Shown: in pieces, positions 48,604 through 62,700 of the stretch
Layout of the letters: each line of letters begins with the position of its first letter
Position numbering within the stretch: the first letter of the stretch is position 1
NCBI RefSeq assembly: GCF_009914755.1
Contig: NC_060935.1
From: the human T2T-CHM13v2.0 reference genome, Homo sapiens
Length of the DNA stretch: 64,000 bases
Strand: one strand, 5' to 3'
The notes under the pieces: generated by a model
What the model was told of the DNA's origin: nothing
Seen by the model: only the letters and a program-made list of their open reading frames with translations
The model's database searches: none
Translations under genes and position numbers: made by a program

Positions 48604-48967
48604 TGTGATGGTCTGGATATATGTGTCCTCCGCAAATTCATATGTTGAAACCTAACACCCAAGATGATGGTCTTAAGAGGTGGGGTCTTTGGGAGGTGAT
48701 GAGGTCATGAGGGCAGAGTCCTCATCAATGGGATTGGTGACCTTATAAAAGACCCGAAGAGGCTTGTTAGCCCCTTTGCCCTTCAGTCATGTGAGGATGC
48801 AGCAACAGGGTGCCATCTGTGAGGCAGAAAGCAAACCGTCACCAGACACCAAATCTGCTGGTAGCTTGATCTTATACTTTTCAGCCTCCAGAACACTGAG
48901 CAATAAGTGTCTGTTTAAAAATTGCCTAGTCTAAGGTGTTTTTGTTATAGTAGCCTGAACTAAGACG
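48604..48967 (+). mobile_element. MaLR solo LTR (MLT1A/MST-like)
   Basis: tgtgatggtctggatatatgtgtcctcc...aattcatatgttgaaacc ... ttgttatagtagcctgaactaagac. Confidence 0.85.
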
Positions 48968-48970
48968 TGT

Positions 48971-49185
48971 TAGCAATACCTTCAAATTTATGTGTGCATA
49001 TGAATCACCTGAAGAGGTTTTTAAAAAAACAAAAAAAGTTTCCTGGCCCCACCCACTGCCCCTCAAGCTTCCCCCTCCACAAGAATTTAATTCGGTAAAT
49101 CTGGGATGGGACCTGAACATTTGCATTTGTAACAAGTTCCCAAGTAATGCCGATGCTGCAGGTGCACAGACCACTCTTGGAGTAG
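48971..49185. mobile_element. MER5A-like hAT element
   Basis: gcatatgaatcacctg ... taacaagttcccaagtaatgccgatgctgcagg...gaccactcttggagtag. Confidence 0.75.
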
Positions 49186-51822
49186 AATTATGTTATGGTA
49201 CTTACTTCTTCATATATTACCTTACCTGCCTCCTACTCACACTTTTGCCAGCCTCATGAGGTAGGAGGAATACAGACTGTTACTACTACTGTTCCTATGG
49301 AATCAAGCTTCACTTCCCAAACAGGTGTCCAACTTGTGTCCCTAGTCTGTCAGTCAGCTGTATCCTTCCTGGGTCAGAAATTTAGCTTTCTCATGACATA
49401 ATAATTACCTGGAATTCCTACTGATATTCTTTCCAATAAAGGTAACATCATAGCATGAGCACAGATCTGGACAAGTGGGCACAGGATGTTTCACCACCCA
49501 TACAGCTGGTCTGTAAGACTCTGGGCTCAGCCGAGGACTGGATAGTCTGTGGACAAAGAGACCTCGAGTTACTTGGGCTGCCAAGGACTCAGCTGTGTGG
49601 AAGGGGCTTTTTATCCTTGCAAAGGGGAGAACAAGGGTCAGAGCACAGAGCATAAGCTATGTCTGGACAGTTGCCAAGCTAGAGATTGCTGAACTCCATG
49701 GGTTTATGGGTCAAATATGAGATTCAAGGGTGAAAACTGTGGGGCTTCATTGTACCCATCATCCAGACAATAACCTGACCCTATGTCTGATCTGGACTCT
49801 CATGTTCTGCCTTTGGTGGCCACACTATGGCCAAAGACAGAGGTCCTCCTGTGTTTCTTGATACCTCTCTCCTTAGCTCCCTCCCCTAAGCGACCCCAGA
49901 TTCAGATTTCTTTGGGGTCAAGGCATTGGAAAATTGTCAAGAAGCTGCAGTGCCCTTCTTGCTACTCTATGTGCCTGGTTTCAAAGCTCAGGTTTCTGTT
50001 TTGAAGTTGAATTATGGTTATAGGCCATGCATTTTGGGTTAACACCAAGTCCTATGGGCAGGTATGAATTTTGAGGGGTGGGTGCCAAGTTTGTTTGTTT
50101 ACCATATTATTCCATCCCCTAGCATAGTGGGACTTAAGTATTTGTTGAATGAATTAATGGCCATTCTATTTTTAATCACTTGGAGAAGCAGAGATCCTTC
50201 AAAATTGGAAACTCAAAGGTAGGTCCTGGGTAGGATAGGACACTCTTGCCTTTCTTGATGCACTCCTTTCATTTGGCTTTATGGCATTGAAGTGACCCTA
50301 AGGATGATCCCCAGCAGCCCGAGTTAAAGTGAGCCATGGATTCAGGAAGATGCCATTGAGAGAATCCCAGACTGGAGCTGAGGAAGATCTACTTTGCCAG
50401 TCCAATCATCCAGGTTCATAATGTGTTCTTTGTTGCTACTCAGAAACCTTTTCTAAAGCCTGGTCTGAACACTCTAGCCTGGCATCTGCTGTGTCAATGG
50501 CTGTAAGGAATAGTTGGGTGAACACATCCGACCTAGAGCCCTGAAAGTGGAAAGTGAGGCTCCCAAAGGCCAGAATGGTGGTGGCAGTAGAAATCAGTGA
50601 GGGAAGACCTAACAGGAAAGATAAATCTTGAGGCCAGAGTCAAGAATCTCCACCCCTTATATGAAGATGCTGACTTGGAGGAAAGCTATAATGTCCTTAC
50701 AACTCTTGGGAGAGTAGGCTTCCATGTCTGCTTCCAAGGCCAGTGAGTATCCCAGTGCTTCAGGCATTCCAAATGGGAGGGCATAGGTCTTATACTAGGC
50801 CCAGAGTTGGGGCAGATCCTTGTGAGACTTCCCTGAGCTTGATGGGGTGGCAGACACACTTATACTTGCTAAGGTGCTGAGGCTGATCCCACCAGCTAGG
50901 GACGGATGGGTTCCAGATTCAGGGGCTCAGATAGGTGGATGTGTTTGAGCAGGGCTGCTACTGTTGGTGCCCCATACAGAAGTATCTGGCCAAGGGGAAA
51001 ATGAGGCCTGAAATCCAGCCAAGAGTGGAGCTCCCAGCCCTTGCAATTATAAGGCTGTAACTGTCAGAAGGGGCACCTTTTCTAATTAGCACAGGGTAGA
51101 CCTTGGGAAATCCTGATTTGGGGTGTCCGAGGTAGGCTAATCATGGCTGCCTGAGTATGCTGGGCTGAGGAGTCCATGCCTGGCTTCTTTGGGGATATTG
51201 GGGCCAAAGGCTGGCTCTCCTTGCACTGTCTGAAAGAGGTTGACCTGGGCCTGTGAGCCAGGCTGAGTTCTCCTCTCTCAGGGCTATGGGGGGATGCCTC
51301 TAGTATATGCCTGCCCTGCCTAGAGCACTCTAGACCACTCTCGAAAAAGACCTCTGTACTGAACAATGGGGGCCTCTGGTCTTTGGGGTAGGAATTAGTA
51401 AAATCTATTTTCAGTGACAAGACTGGGAGGTAGGGAGGAAAACACTTAAATGACATTTAGGAGAATGTCATTTCTCTCTTAGTGAAGAGAGAAAAATTAA
51501 ATTAAGGTTATGCTTGCAATGAAGAGGAGCTTTGAGCAGAAGTGACAAGTCTTCATTCTAACTCAAGTTTTAGCACTTTTTTTAAGCCTTCCCTTCCCTC
51601 TCTCCTTCCTTTCTCTCCCCACCCACCCACTGCCTTTTTTAACTAACTGAGTGAGACCTTGGGCAATTCACTAAATTCTGAGCCTACTTTTCTTCCTCAG
51701 TAAAGTGGGCACAACAACTCTCACCTCTTAGCTTATTGAGAGGATCTAGAATGCATTTGTGTAATGGGCTTCAGATGGAGATAAGGTGAGCTTGTTCTCC
51801 CCCTCCCTGCCTTCTTCCCACT

Positions 51823-52258
51823 TGTGATGGTTAAAACTGACTCAACTTGATTGGATTGAGAGATGCAAAGTATTGATCCTGGGTGTGTCTGTGAGGGTGT
51901 TGCCGAAGGAGACTAACATTTGAGTCAGTGGGCTGGGAAAGGCAGACCCACTCTTAATCTGGGTGGGCACCATCAAATCAGCTGCCAGTGCAGCTAGACT
52001 ATAAAGCAGGCAGAAAAACGGGAAAAGACTTGACTGGCCTAGCCTCCCAGCCTACATCTTTCTCCCTTGCTGAATGCTTCCTGCCCTCAAACATCAGACT
52101 CCAAGTTCTTCAGTTTTGGGACTCAGACTGGCTTTCCTTGCTCCCCAGCTTGCAGATGGCCTACTGTGGACCTTGTGATCATGTGAGTTAATAAAATCCC
52201 CTTTGTATATCTATCTATTTTATTATTTCTGTCCCTCTAGAGAACCCTGACTAATACA
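51823..52258 (+). mobile_element. MLT2A (HERV-L) LTR acting as the 5' LTR
   Basis: tgtgatggttaa...tcaacttgattggattga...gatgcaaagtattgatcctgggtgtgtctgtgagggtgttgcc ... gagaaccctgactaataca. Confidence 0.9.
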
Positions 52259-53924
52259 GTAAATTGGTACCAGTAGAGTGGGGCATTGCCGAAAAGATAC
52301 CCAAAAATGTGGAAACTACTTTGGAACTTGGTAACAGGCAGAAGTTGGAACAGTTTGGAGGGCTCAGAAGAAGAGAGAAAAATGTGGAAAAGTTTGGAAC
52401 TCCCTAGAGACTTGTTGAATGGCTTTGACAAAAATGCTGATAATGATATGGACAATGAAACCCAGGCTGAGGTGGTCTCAGATGGAGATGAGGAACTTGT
52501 TGGTAAATAGAGCAAAGGTGACTCTTGTTATGTTGTAACAAAGAGACTGGTGGTATTTTGCCCCTGCCCTAGAGATTTGCAGAACTTTGAACTTGAGAGA
52601 GATGATTTAAGGTATCTGGCAGAAGAAATTTCTAAGTGGCGAAGCATTCAAGAGGTGACTTGGGTGCTGTTAAAGGCATTCAATTTTATAAGGGAAGTGG
52701 AGCATAAAAGTTCAGAAAATTTGCAGCCTGACAATTTGATAAAAAAGAAAATCCCATTTTCTGAGGAGAAATTCAAGCTGGCTCTAGAAATTTGCATAAG
52801 TAAAGAGGAGCCGGATGTTGATCCCCAAGACAATGGGGAAAATGTCTCCAGGGCATGTCAGAGGTTTGCATAACAGCCCCTCCCATCACAGGCCTGGAGG
52901 CCTAGAAGGGAAAAATGGTTTCATGGGCTGGGCCTAGGGTCCCCGTGCTGTGTGCAGCCTAGGGACTTGGTGTCTTGCGTCCCAGCTGCTCTAGCTGTGG
53001 CTGAAAGGGGCCAATGTAGAGCTTGGGCCATGGCTTCAGAGGGTGCAAACATCAAGCCTTGGCAGCTTCCACAGTGTTCAAAACATGGGAGCTGTCCTGA
53101 TTATTATTTTTTCCTATAGTAATCATATTAGCCCATAATGTGTGCACAATGCATATGTGATGGTTCCTGCCCCACGTGGTGTTGAGCCTCCCAGTGCACA
53201 GAAGTCAAGAATTGGGATTTGGGAACCTCTGCCCAGATTTCAGAGGATGTATGAAAACACCTGGATGTCCAGGCAGAAGTTTGCTGCAGGGGCAGGGCTG
53301 TCATGGAGAACTTCTGCTAGGGCAGGGCAGAAGGGAAATGTGGGGTTGGAGCCCCCACACAGAATCCCTACTAGGGCACTGCCTAGTGGAGCTGTGAGAA
53401 GAGGGCCACTGTCCTCCAGACTCCAGAATTGTAAATCCACTGACAACTTGCACCGTGCACCTGGAAAAGCTGCAGACACTCAACGTCAGCTTGTGAAAGC
53501 AGCCAGGAGGGAGGCTGTACCCTGCAAAGCCACAGGGGAAGAACTGCCCAAGAACATGGGAACCCACCTCTTGCATCAGTATGACCTGGATGTGAGACAG
53601 GGAGTCAAAGGAGATTATTTTGGAGCATTAAGATTTGACTGCCCTGCTGGATTTCGGACTTGCATGGGCCCTGTAACCCCTCTGTTTTGGCCAGTTTCTC
53701 CCATTTGGAATGACTGTACTCCCACTGTATCTAGGAAGTAACCAACCTGCTTTTAATTTTACAGGCTCATAGGTGGAAAGGACTTGCCTTGTCTTGAATG
53801 AGACTTTGGACTGTGGACTTTTGAGTTAATGCTGGAATGAGTTAAGACTTTGAGGGACTGTTGGGAAGGCATGATTGGTTTTGAAATGTGAGGACCTGAG
53901 GTTTGGGAGGGGCCAGGAGCAGAA
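52259..53924 (+). mobile_element. THE1 (MaLR) internal region
   Basis: Begins gtaaattggtaccagtagagtgggg; decayed MaLR ORF (GRSWNSLEGSEEERKMW, QAEVVSDGDEELVG); ends in the PPT-like gggaggggccaggagcagaa. Confidence 0.92.
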
Positions 53925-54278
53925 TGATATGATTTGGCTGTTCCACCACCCAAATCTCATCTTAAATTCCTACATGTTGTGGGAGGGACCCAGTGGGAGG
54001 TAATTGAATCATAGGGGCAGGTCTTTCCCATGCTGCTCTCATGATCGTGAACAAGTCTCATGAGGTCTGATGGCTTTATAAGGCAGAGTTCCCCTTCACA
54101 AGCCCTCTCTTTGCCTGCTGCTATCCATGTAAGACGTGACTTGCTCCTCCTTGTCTTCCACCATTATTGTGAGGCTTCCTTAGCCACGTGGAACTGTAAG
54201 TCAATTAAACCTCTTTCTTTTGTAAATTGCCCAGTCTCGGGTATGTCTTTATCAGTAGCATGAAAACGGACTAATACA
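53925..54278 (+). mobile_element. THE1 LTR (3' LTR)
   Basis: tgatatgatttggctg...cccaaatctcatct...gtgggaggtaattgaatcat ... gcatgaaaacggactaataca. Confidence 0.92.
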
Positions 54279-55451
54279 CCACTCTCATGTCTGGGCAGGG
54301 CCAGTGGGCCTGGGAGGCAGAGTCTGTCAGTGGGACTGGGGCAATAAGGGGTCTCTCTTGTGTCTGAAGGAACCACAGTGACCCACTCAGGGGGCCTAGA
54401 GGCAGTGAAGGCTGTGGGCCTGCCACATCTTGTCAAGACTGCTCAAGCAAGTCCTCACTGCTCCTCCAGCTCCCTGCCACCCTCCAATCCATTCTCCCAC
54501 ATAATGGCTCCTTCGCCAGAAGGATGAAGACTTTATGTGGGTGTTCAGGGCCTGATCTCTCTACCCCATCTCCACAACAGTCCTCCATACACAGCCCAAT
54601 GTTCCTGAACAGGTCACAGTATTTATGCCTCTGTGTACACCTTGCTTTGTCTGAAATGCTCTTTCTCCTTCTTTGATAGAATTCCTCCTTTTCCTCTCAG
54701 GATCTAGCTTAAATGTGCCATTCACTGGGGAGCCTGCCCTAACCCCAGATCAGGTAGGCCCCACTTCTGGCCTTCCACTGTGCCCCTTCTAACGTTGCAC
54801 TGCCCATTCTGTGTGGAATGTTCTGTTGCTATATATGGCTCCTTTTCTAGACTGTGAGCTCCTCAAGGACAAGGACCACATCTGATCCTTTCTGTGTTCC
54901 CAGTGTCCAGCCTAGGGTCTGGCAGAGAGTATGGGCCCCACAGAGCTTGTTGAATTAGTGTGTATGTAAGTGAAAATGATAGGGTGGGCAGTTGTGGGTA
55001 AGTGGCGAGTGGCAAGTAGGTTTGTCCCCAAGCCTGAGAGGGTCACCTGAATTGGGTACAGAGTTGAGAACTCATCATTTTGGTCTCTTTTACCAAATGA
55101 GATTGGGTCTGAATTTGATTAGGACATGTTATCTGTAAGACTGCCTGGGGCTAGCAAGACAAAAGTCTAAAATCTGAGGTATCTGTAAGGAGTAGTCAGA
55201 GGAGACCATGGGCCCTGCACAGCTCTGTCCAAGGCTTGGAAACAACTTCAGGTGGATAGGTATGGATAATAATACCGTAGTCAGTCCTTCCCATGTGGGA
55301 GTGAGGCTCCCAGCGAACAGTCCCACAAATCCCAGAACAGTCCCTCTAGTGAGTCAGAGATCTGGGTAATATGGAAGTCCTCAGATTGTCTGCTCCTCCA
55401 CCCTTCTGGAATCACACTTTCCCTCAGTTTCTTAAGATGTTGCAAGTCATC

Positions 55452-55824
<373 letters not shown>

Positions 55825-58800
55825 TTATATTCTGATCACCTCTCACTCTTAATTCCTGCTGCTATTGCATTCTTGTGACTGTGACTGAGTTGTTTTGCTC
55901 CAGGCTCTGATGCTGCCCTTGCTGCCTCTTTCCCCAAAGCACCAGGTGCAAGCATGTGCACGTAACAGACTTTCCTTCAAGAGTTGAGGGTAAGGAAGTG
56001 AGTTATAGCACAATGCAGAGCCGAAAGGCAGAGCAGGAATCATTACCTGCTTTGTACAAAAGAGGAAACCAAAGCTTAGATATTAACCAGGTGACTTGAC
56101 TAAAGCTATACAGCAAGTTAGTGACAGAACTAGGCCTGGAATGAGCTCTCCTGATCCAGACTCTAGAGTCAGCATTTCACGGTTCTGAACATCTGGAATC
56201 CAAAGAGCTGTCCAGGTTTAGGTTAAGAACAGTTCCACACACACAGAAAGACGGTCCTGGGTGGCAGGCAGTGAAAGAAACCTGGGGAGCTGGGGATCTC
56301 TATGAGCGTGGCTCACCTCCCCCTCTGTCTCCTGGAGCTGACCCTTGCTCATATCCTGCGGGAACAAGACCCAGGTGGATCAAAACTTTATTGAGGCCCT
56401 GCTCAAGACAGGCACAGTAGTGCAGTAGGTTTAATCTTCACTATGGTTCTGCAAGGCTGGCAACATTATTCCCCATTTTAGTTGAGAAAACAGTCTCCAA
56501 GAGTGGAAGTGACTTGCTCAAGGTCATACAGATAGTCAGGCCTGGCTCTGAGCCTGAGGACTCCCAGTCCCCGACTCTGCTGCAAGCTCCATGGCATTGC
56601 CAACATTGACCACCAGGTGGCAATCTCCCCCAACTCCCTGCAGGCCACAAGCACCCTGGAATTTTAAGCAGTAATGCCTATGGTTGGTGGCAGAACAGCA
56701 GTCTCTGCCTGGATTTTCAAAACTGCCCTGAGGCAGTTTTATAACTCTTTTGTCCCAAGGGGAAATTGATGTCCAAGAGGGATGGTGGCTTTACAGAGGA
56801 GGAAGTTCTATGTGTGTGTGCGTGTGAGCATGAGATCTGCTTCTGGTTCCAAGGCTGGTGAATTCTGCTGACCTATTGTTAGCTGGGAGTTGGTGGGCAT
56901 GACTTTCCTGGCACGATGTTCAGTTTCTCCTCTGTGCCTGCTGTTGCCAAGCCTCACTCAGAGATGGGCAGCCGAGTTTTCCTTGGACTCCCATCAGAGG
57001 CCCAGGGCCCAACCTCTTGTTTAGGTGGGGTCAGACTTACCTGGTCTGAGGCCATCTGAACAGCCCTGTGGATCCTTCCCCTATTTTAATCTGTGTGCTT
57101 CTTTGTATGGAGCCATGGAAACTCCTATGATCTTCCATGCCTGCCTACAGCCAGGAAACACTGGGAGAGAGTCCTGTGCATTCTTCCTGCAGTACTCACC
57201 ATGTTCCCTTCAGGCTCTGCTGGATGGACCAGACCCTCTCAGCAGGCTTCCCGCCACTGGATACCCCTTTACCTCTGTGCTGCTCAGTGGCAGTCCCAGG
57301 GTGGGCCTGTGAGTTCTCGGCACAGCAAACTTTCTGCCCAGATGCCAGGGTGAGGCTCCCTTTCTGGCAGGCACGCCCAGCTTCTATGCAGGGCTTGGGC
57401 ACATTCTCCATTCCCCATCATGGCAGTGACTCTCAGCACAAACACCGCAGTGTTCACAAGGCCACCCCAACTTCTCCCCCCTTCCCTCCTATGTCCTCTC
57501 TTTGTGTGTGTGTGCACGTGTACGCTCCTTCATGTCTCTCTTTACAGAGTGTGGTCTTAGAGCCTCTTGTCCTCAGCTTTGGGCCTTCACTGCAATTCCA
57601 CAAATCCAGAACTCAAGGAAAGTCCTGCTATACGTCCTGTCAGGTAAAGGTAGTGACAGCTCCCTTGCCAGATTCAGAGGAGAGTTCCTGGGAGTTTCCT
57701 GAACGCAGGGCTGTCGTTTGAGCTCTGTGTTCCGAGCACCCAGCACAGGGCCTGCATGGGACAGGCCCCAAGGGGAGGGAGGTGGTTCTCACATGAATGA
57801 AGGGCCCTGAACTAGAGCAAGTTAGCCTCTCAGAACACAATGAGTCCCCTTCTTCTGTAGGGCACCACACATCCCTCTGCAGAAACTGAGGGAAAGTGGA
57901 GAACAGAGCAAATAGTGATAAAGGCAAGCAGCACGCAGTCATTATGTCAACGTTTCTCAAGTTTCTCTCATGCATGTGCCTCCTCCATGATTTTTGCTAA
58001 ATCCATGGATTCTTAATAATTTTCTTTAGCATATTTTATGAAAATACCTAATTCATGGTCTCCTAAGGAATAATATTCATGAAATCACTGGTTTGATTTA
58101 TCTTTCCTAATATACATTAAATTATATACATACCTATTAAAAAATAGCAAAGACCACTGAAGTAGGTCATACCTACCACCAGTGAGATGTATACTGCACT
58201 TGGGTTATTTAGTTTTCACAAAACCCTATAAGGTCAATCATGCTTTTTCTGTCTTATAGGTGAAGAAATTGAAGGTCAGAGAATTGACTTGGCTGAGGTC
58301 ACACAGTCTTCTGATCTTTGGCCTACAGCCTTTATAAAGATGGGAGAGGGGAAGGGAGGAGCAGGTGCTTGGGAGATGATGGGGGAGGGAGGCAGCTGCC
58401 ACTGAAAAATGAAAGAAGATGGTGAAGATAGGGAGTGGGGGGCAGGACTCCATGTCAGAAAGGCAAATGACCTGAGTCCCAATGTCCTATGCACAGTAAT
58501 GGCCATGAAAATAGCTGCAGATTTGCCTGCATTTGTATGACCAAGATTTATTGTGCCAGCAACTCCGGTAATTGGATGATGAAAGCACTGCAGCTGGGAC
58601 TGTTGGCTGGAGATTAATTATTAGAGAGAGGAGGTAGGATGGGGAGTAGCCTGGATGGTGCCCAGCTGTGGAGAGACTGGAACCCACTAGAAGAGCAGGC
58701 AGGCAGACCTCAGACATCTAGTGGACCCTCCTCCCCACTCAGCTAAGACCCAGGGAGGGAGGCAACTGGACTGGGCCAAGGCCACAGCCATTCCACAGCA

Positions 58801-61800
58801 AGGCAGGATGAGAGCTCTTCTCTGAGTGAAGTTGATTTTCCAGAAAAGATGGGCAGCTACAGCAGCAGGAAGGGCCTGCACTTGGAGTCTGAGACCAGAG
58901 GGGAAGCCTCAGCTTTGTCTCTTACTTGCTATGTGGCCTTAGGAAGGTGACTTAGCCTCTTCGAACCTCAGTTTTCCCAGCTGTACGATGGAGATGATGG
59001 CATTGACTTTACTAGGAAGTCATGAGGCTTCAAGATTATTGGGTCCTGTTTAGATCTAGGACCCACTCAGGGACAACTTTCATTCTCACCCCCTCTGCTC
59101 AGGTCTGGCCCTCATCCTTCCTGCCTGGGTCCTGTGAACCCCTTCCCTGCTCTCTCATCAAGCCCTAAAACTTGATCCTTAGCCACTGTGGGGACTTTCT
59201 GCGTGAATGTCAAGTCTCCCAAGTAGGAACCTAAAAGGGACTGGGAGATGGGGGGCAGGGGTGGATCCCAAGAAGAAGTCATTTTCCCTCACAGCCTTAG
59301 TTTTCTCATCTGCAAAATGGGAATAGGCTTTATTTGGATTTATTCTGTTGCAAAGAACAGCAAACCACTTGAGCCCAACCAAGTGGGTTGGGGAAGGAGC
59401 CAACTATGGGGACTGGAACTGGAACCTGCACATTGGAAGGAACACAGGCCACTTGGGGCTAGCTTCTCCTCCATCTCTTTGTCAATGGGTCTCTGTTGCT
59501 ATCTGCCCATCTTCCAACTACTCATAGGTGGATTCTTTCCCTCTCTCCTCTCTGTCTTAAGCTTCTGTTTCCTCAGAATCTCTGTTCTAGCACAACTTTT
59601 TCTTACATGTGACTGCTCATGGCTCCATTTCAACTCCATAGTTCGTTCCTCTGGGCTCCTTTGTAGAAACTAGTAGTTTCTCCCCATCCTGCTCAATTCA
59701 CGTGCATAACGGAGGGAATCTGATTGGCCCTCTGATTCTTCCTGCCCAAACTTGCCAGAGATTTGTAGACTGGTTTATGGTCTGCAAGGCCCTCATAGAT
59801 TTGTGGGAGTGACAGGCCCTGGATGGGCAGCAGGGAGGGGTTGAAGTTGGATTACCTCATGTATATAAAGTGCTGCAATAGTGCCTGGCATACTATAGGA
59901 CTCAGAAAACTTTGAATGAAACTCAGAAATCTTCCTCTCCCACCATAGACCCTTCTCCTGGCCCCTCCCCTTTCCCTCACCTTTGCATAGGCCTCCAGCC
60001 TTGGATCCCTCTTATTCCTGCAGATTTTCTTGGCCTCCCTTCCTTCCCTGGCCAGCCTGGTCTTAGGGTAGGGTGATCTTCCTGCCCCGATCTTCTATAG
60101 CACCCTGCACTTCAAAAAACTTTGCACTTAAGTCTCCCAACCGCAGCTGTGCTCTCCCCATCAGCAGACACCCTGCCAAGGTCCATGTCACTGGGAAGGG
60201 AGTAGGAGAGCTTTATACGTAGCTATCATTCACTGAGCACCTCTAAGTACCTGGCCCCATGTTCAGTGCTTTACCCATTTATGTTAAGAACTCTTTGCAT
60301 TCTTCCCTTGAGATGGAGCTTTTTCCAGATGAGAAAACTGAGATTGAGCATGGTGAAGTGACGTGAACCCAGCTCTAACTCCAAATCCTTGGCTCAAGAG
60401 CAAAGCTGTTGGTGTGAACTCTATCATCATTTCTCCCTTCCAAATACAGTTGCCACAGGCCACACCAATATTTTCCCCTTTCTTTCTGGTTTTACAAAAT
60501 GAATTAGCTAACAGCTGATTTTTATTACCACTAACAGATAATTTTTGTTAAGAACTTAACATGTGCTAGGTGCTGTTCTGAGCACTTTACCTGTATCAAC
60601 TCATTCAATCTTCATAACAACTCTATAGGATAGGCACTATCAGGATCCCTGTTTTGCAAAACTCTGCCTTAACTTAAGGCAGGACCAAAGTCGCATGATG
60701 CTGGTGGAGCCAGGATTTAAAGCCTCACTCCAGTTCAAGCCCCGGGAGCCCATTTTCTGCCTACTTCCTCTAGAAACTCCTTCCATCAATCCCTCCCTCA
60801 CCTCTTTAAGCTACCTCTCTCCCCTGGCTCCTTAGCATTTAATGTGTTTACAACTTTCCCATCTCAAAAGAGTCCTCAAACCCATGTTACTCTGCAGTCA
60901 CTACTCTTTCCTTCCTCCCTGTCTTAGCCCAATTTCTTGAGTTTCTCTACTTGCTAGCTATTCTTCCTTACCCCTCTTCAAACCAGCCTCCACCCCCCCG
61001 CCCCTCTGCCTAAACTGCCCTAAGCATAGGAAGATTGTGCCGCCACATTCCCAAAGGAAAAAAATACTCCCTTCAATAGCCTAAAAATACTGTCAATCAA
61101 ACTTGAAATCAGCTTTCTAAATTGTAAGACATGTCACAGCTCTAGTAGTTCTGAAACAAATTTTTTATCAAGAGTAAAAAACGAGCAAAGATAAATACTG
61201 AATACTTTGGTATAACTTAATTAGTGATGACACCTCAGTTGAGCCTTCTCTATGCAGCTGGAGTTTTGCTTTTCTGCTCAAATGCCCTCTAATATTATAT
61301 CCAGCCAAGTTATCATTCAAGTATAAAGACAACAGCTAAAGTGTCCTTAAAGGCAACAGACCAATACCTGCGCTGTTCTGTTTTGCTTCGTCCACACAGT
61401 TTTTATTCTTCTTCACTCATTTAACATTTCAGCCATGGTGGGCTATGAATTCTTTCTTGGTAACTAAAATTGTTTGTAAACGGTATTAAAATAAGTCTCC
61501 TTTTTACCTTCTTGGTGGTTTCTCAGTTGTCATACCCCCATCTCTCCTCTGTTTCCCTTTCTAATACTGGTACTTCCCTTACTTGGCTAAGGATTTCTGG
61601 GAGAGGTTGGATAGGAGTTACTAGTGTCCCAGTAATGCTGGTCAAAACTTTCCCCATGCCCAGAGCCCAGAGATAATTCAGGACCACAGGTAGAGTGTGT
61701 ATAGGTCCCACTGTTTGTTAACACTGTGTCCATGAAGACTACCTTGCCAAGGTTTCCAATGACTGCTGCATGGAGCTCTTCTGCCCCACTGCTGCTTGCT

Positions 61801-62279
61801 GATCTCTAAACCCAGGTGAAGTTTTTCGCTTTCACCTTACGGACTACTGGGCAGCATCAGGGACCATTTACTCCTTGACCTTCCTGAAGCAATTTCATAT
61901 TGCACCACTCTACTTTCTCATCTGCCCTCTTAAGCTCATCCTCTAAGGTCTGGAGTTCTCCAAGATCCCAGCCTTGATTTTCCATTCACCATACACACTC
62001 TCTTTAATGACCTAAACCACTCACACAACTGTGAGTACTCATTTGTCAGCAATTTCCAAATCTCTATTTCCAGGCAGGTCCTGGCTCCACACCCAAATAT
62101 TCAATTGCCCTCCAGTTCAACTGGCCAAAACCAAATGCATCTGTTTCTCCCAAGCCTGCTCCTCCTTTTGTGCTCTCTCTCTCTCTGTCCACCCAGTCTC
62201 CCTGCCCAGAAGCTTGCACATCATTTTTAAACACTCTTTTGCTTTCCATTTCCAAAGATTCACAAAAATCAGATGGAGT

Positions 62280-62700
62280 CTGCCTTTGTCCAATTTGTGT
62301 TGTTATAAAGGAACATATGAGGCTGGATAATTTGTAAAGAAAAAAGGTTTATTTGGTTCATGATTCTGGATGGCTGGAAAGCTCAGCATTCATCATCTGC
62401 ATCTGGTGAGGGCCTCAGGCTGTTTACACTCATGGGTGAAGGTGAAGGGGAGCTGGTGTGTACAGAGATCATATGGAGAGAGGGGAAGCTCTCAAGAGGG
62501 AGTGGGGAGGTGCCAAGCTCTTCTTAACCAGCTCTCATGAGAACCAATAGACTGAGAACTCACCCCTAAGGGAGGGCATTCATCTATTCATGAGGGGTCC
62601 ACCCTCATGACCCAAACGCCCCCTATTAGGCTCCACCTTCAACACTGGGGATCAAATTTCAACATAAGTTTTGGAGATGACAAATATCCAAACCATGGTA
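62280..62700 (-). mobile_element. MaLR solo LTR (MST-like)
   Basis: gttgttataaaggaac...gaggctggataattt...catctggtgagggcctcagg...gggatcaaatttcaacat...acaaatatccaaacc. Confidence 0.8.

Noticed and set aside
53142-53741. 199-aa ORF
   Set aside because: It lies in the THE1 internal region and starts at a non-ATG codon within the templated patch; a decayed MaLR sequence.
56719-56740. AAAACTGCC-ctga-GGCAGTTTT hairpin resembling an intrinsic terminator or AP-2 site
   Set aside because: Mammalian DNA, so bacterial terminators do not apply; a 9-bp stem can arise by chance in 64 kb.
57025-57975. 194-aa and overlapping ORFs in a GC-richer patch
   Set aside because: No homology or motifs I recognise; includes a (tg)n translation; more likely non-coding.
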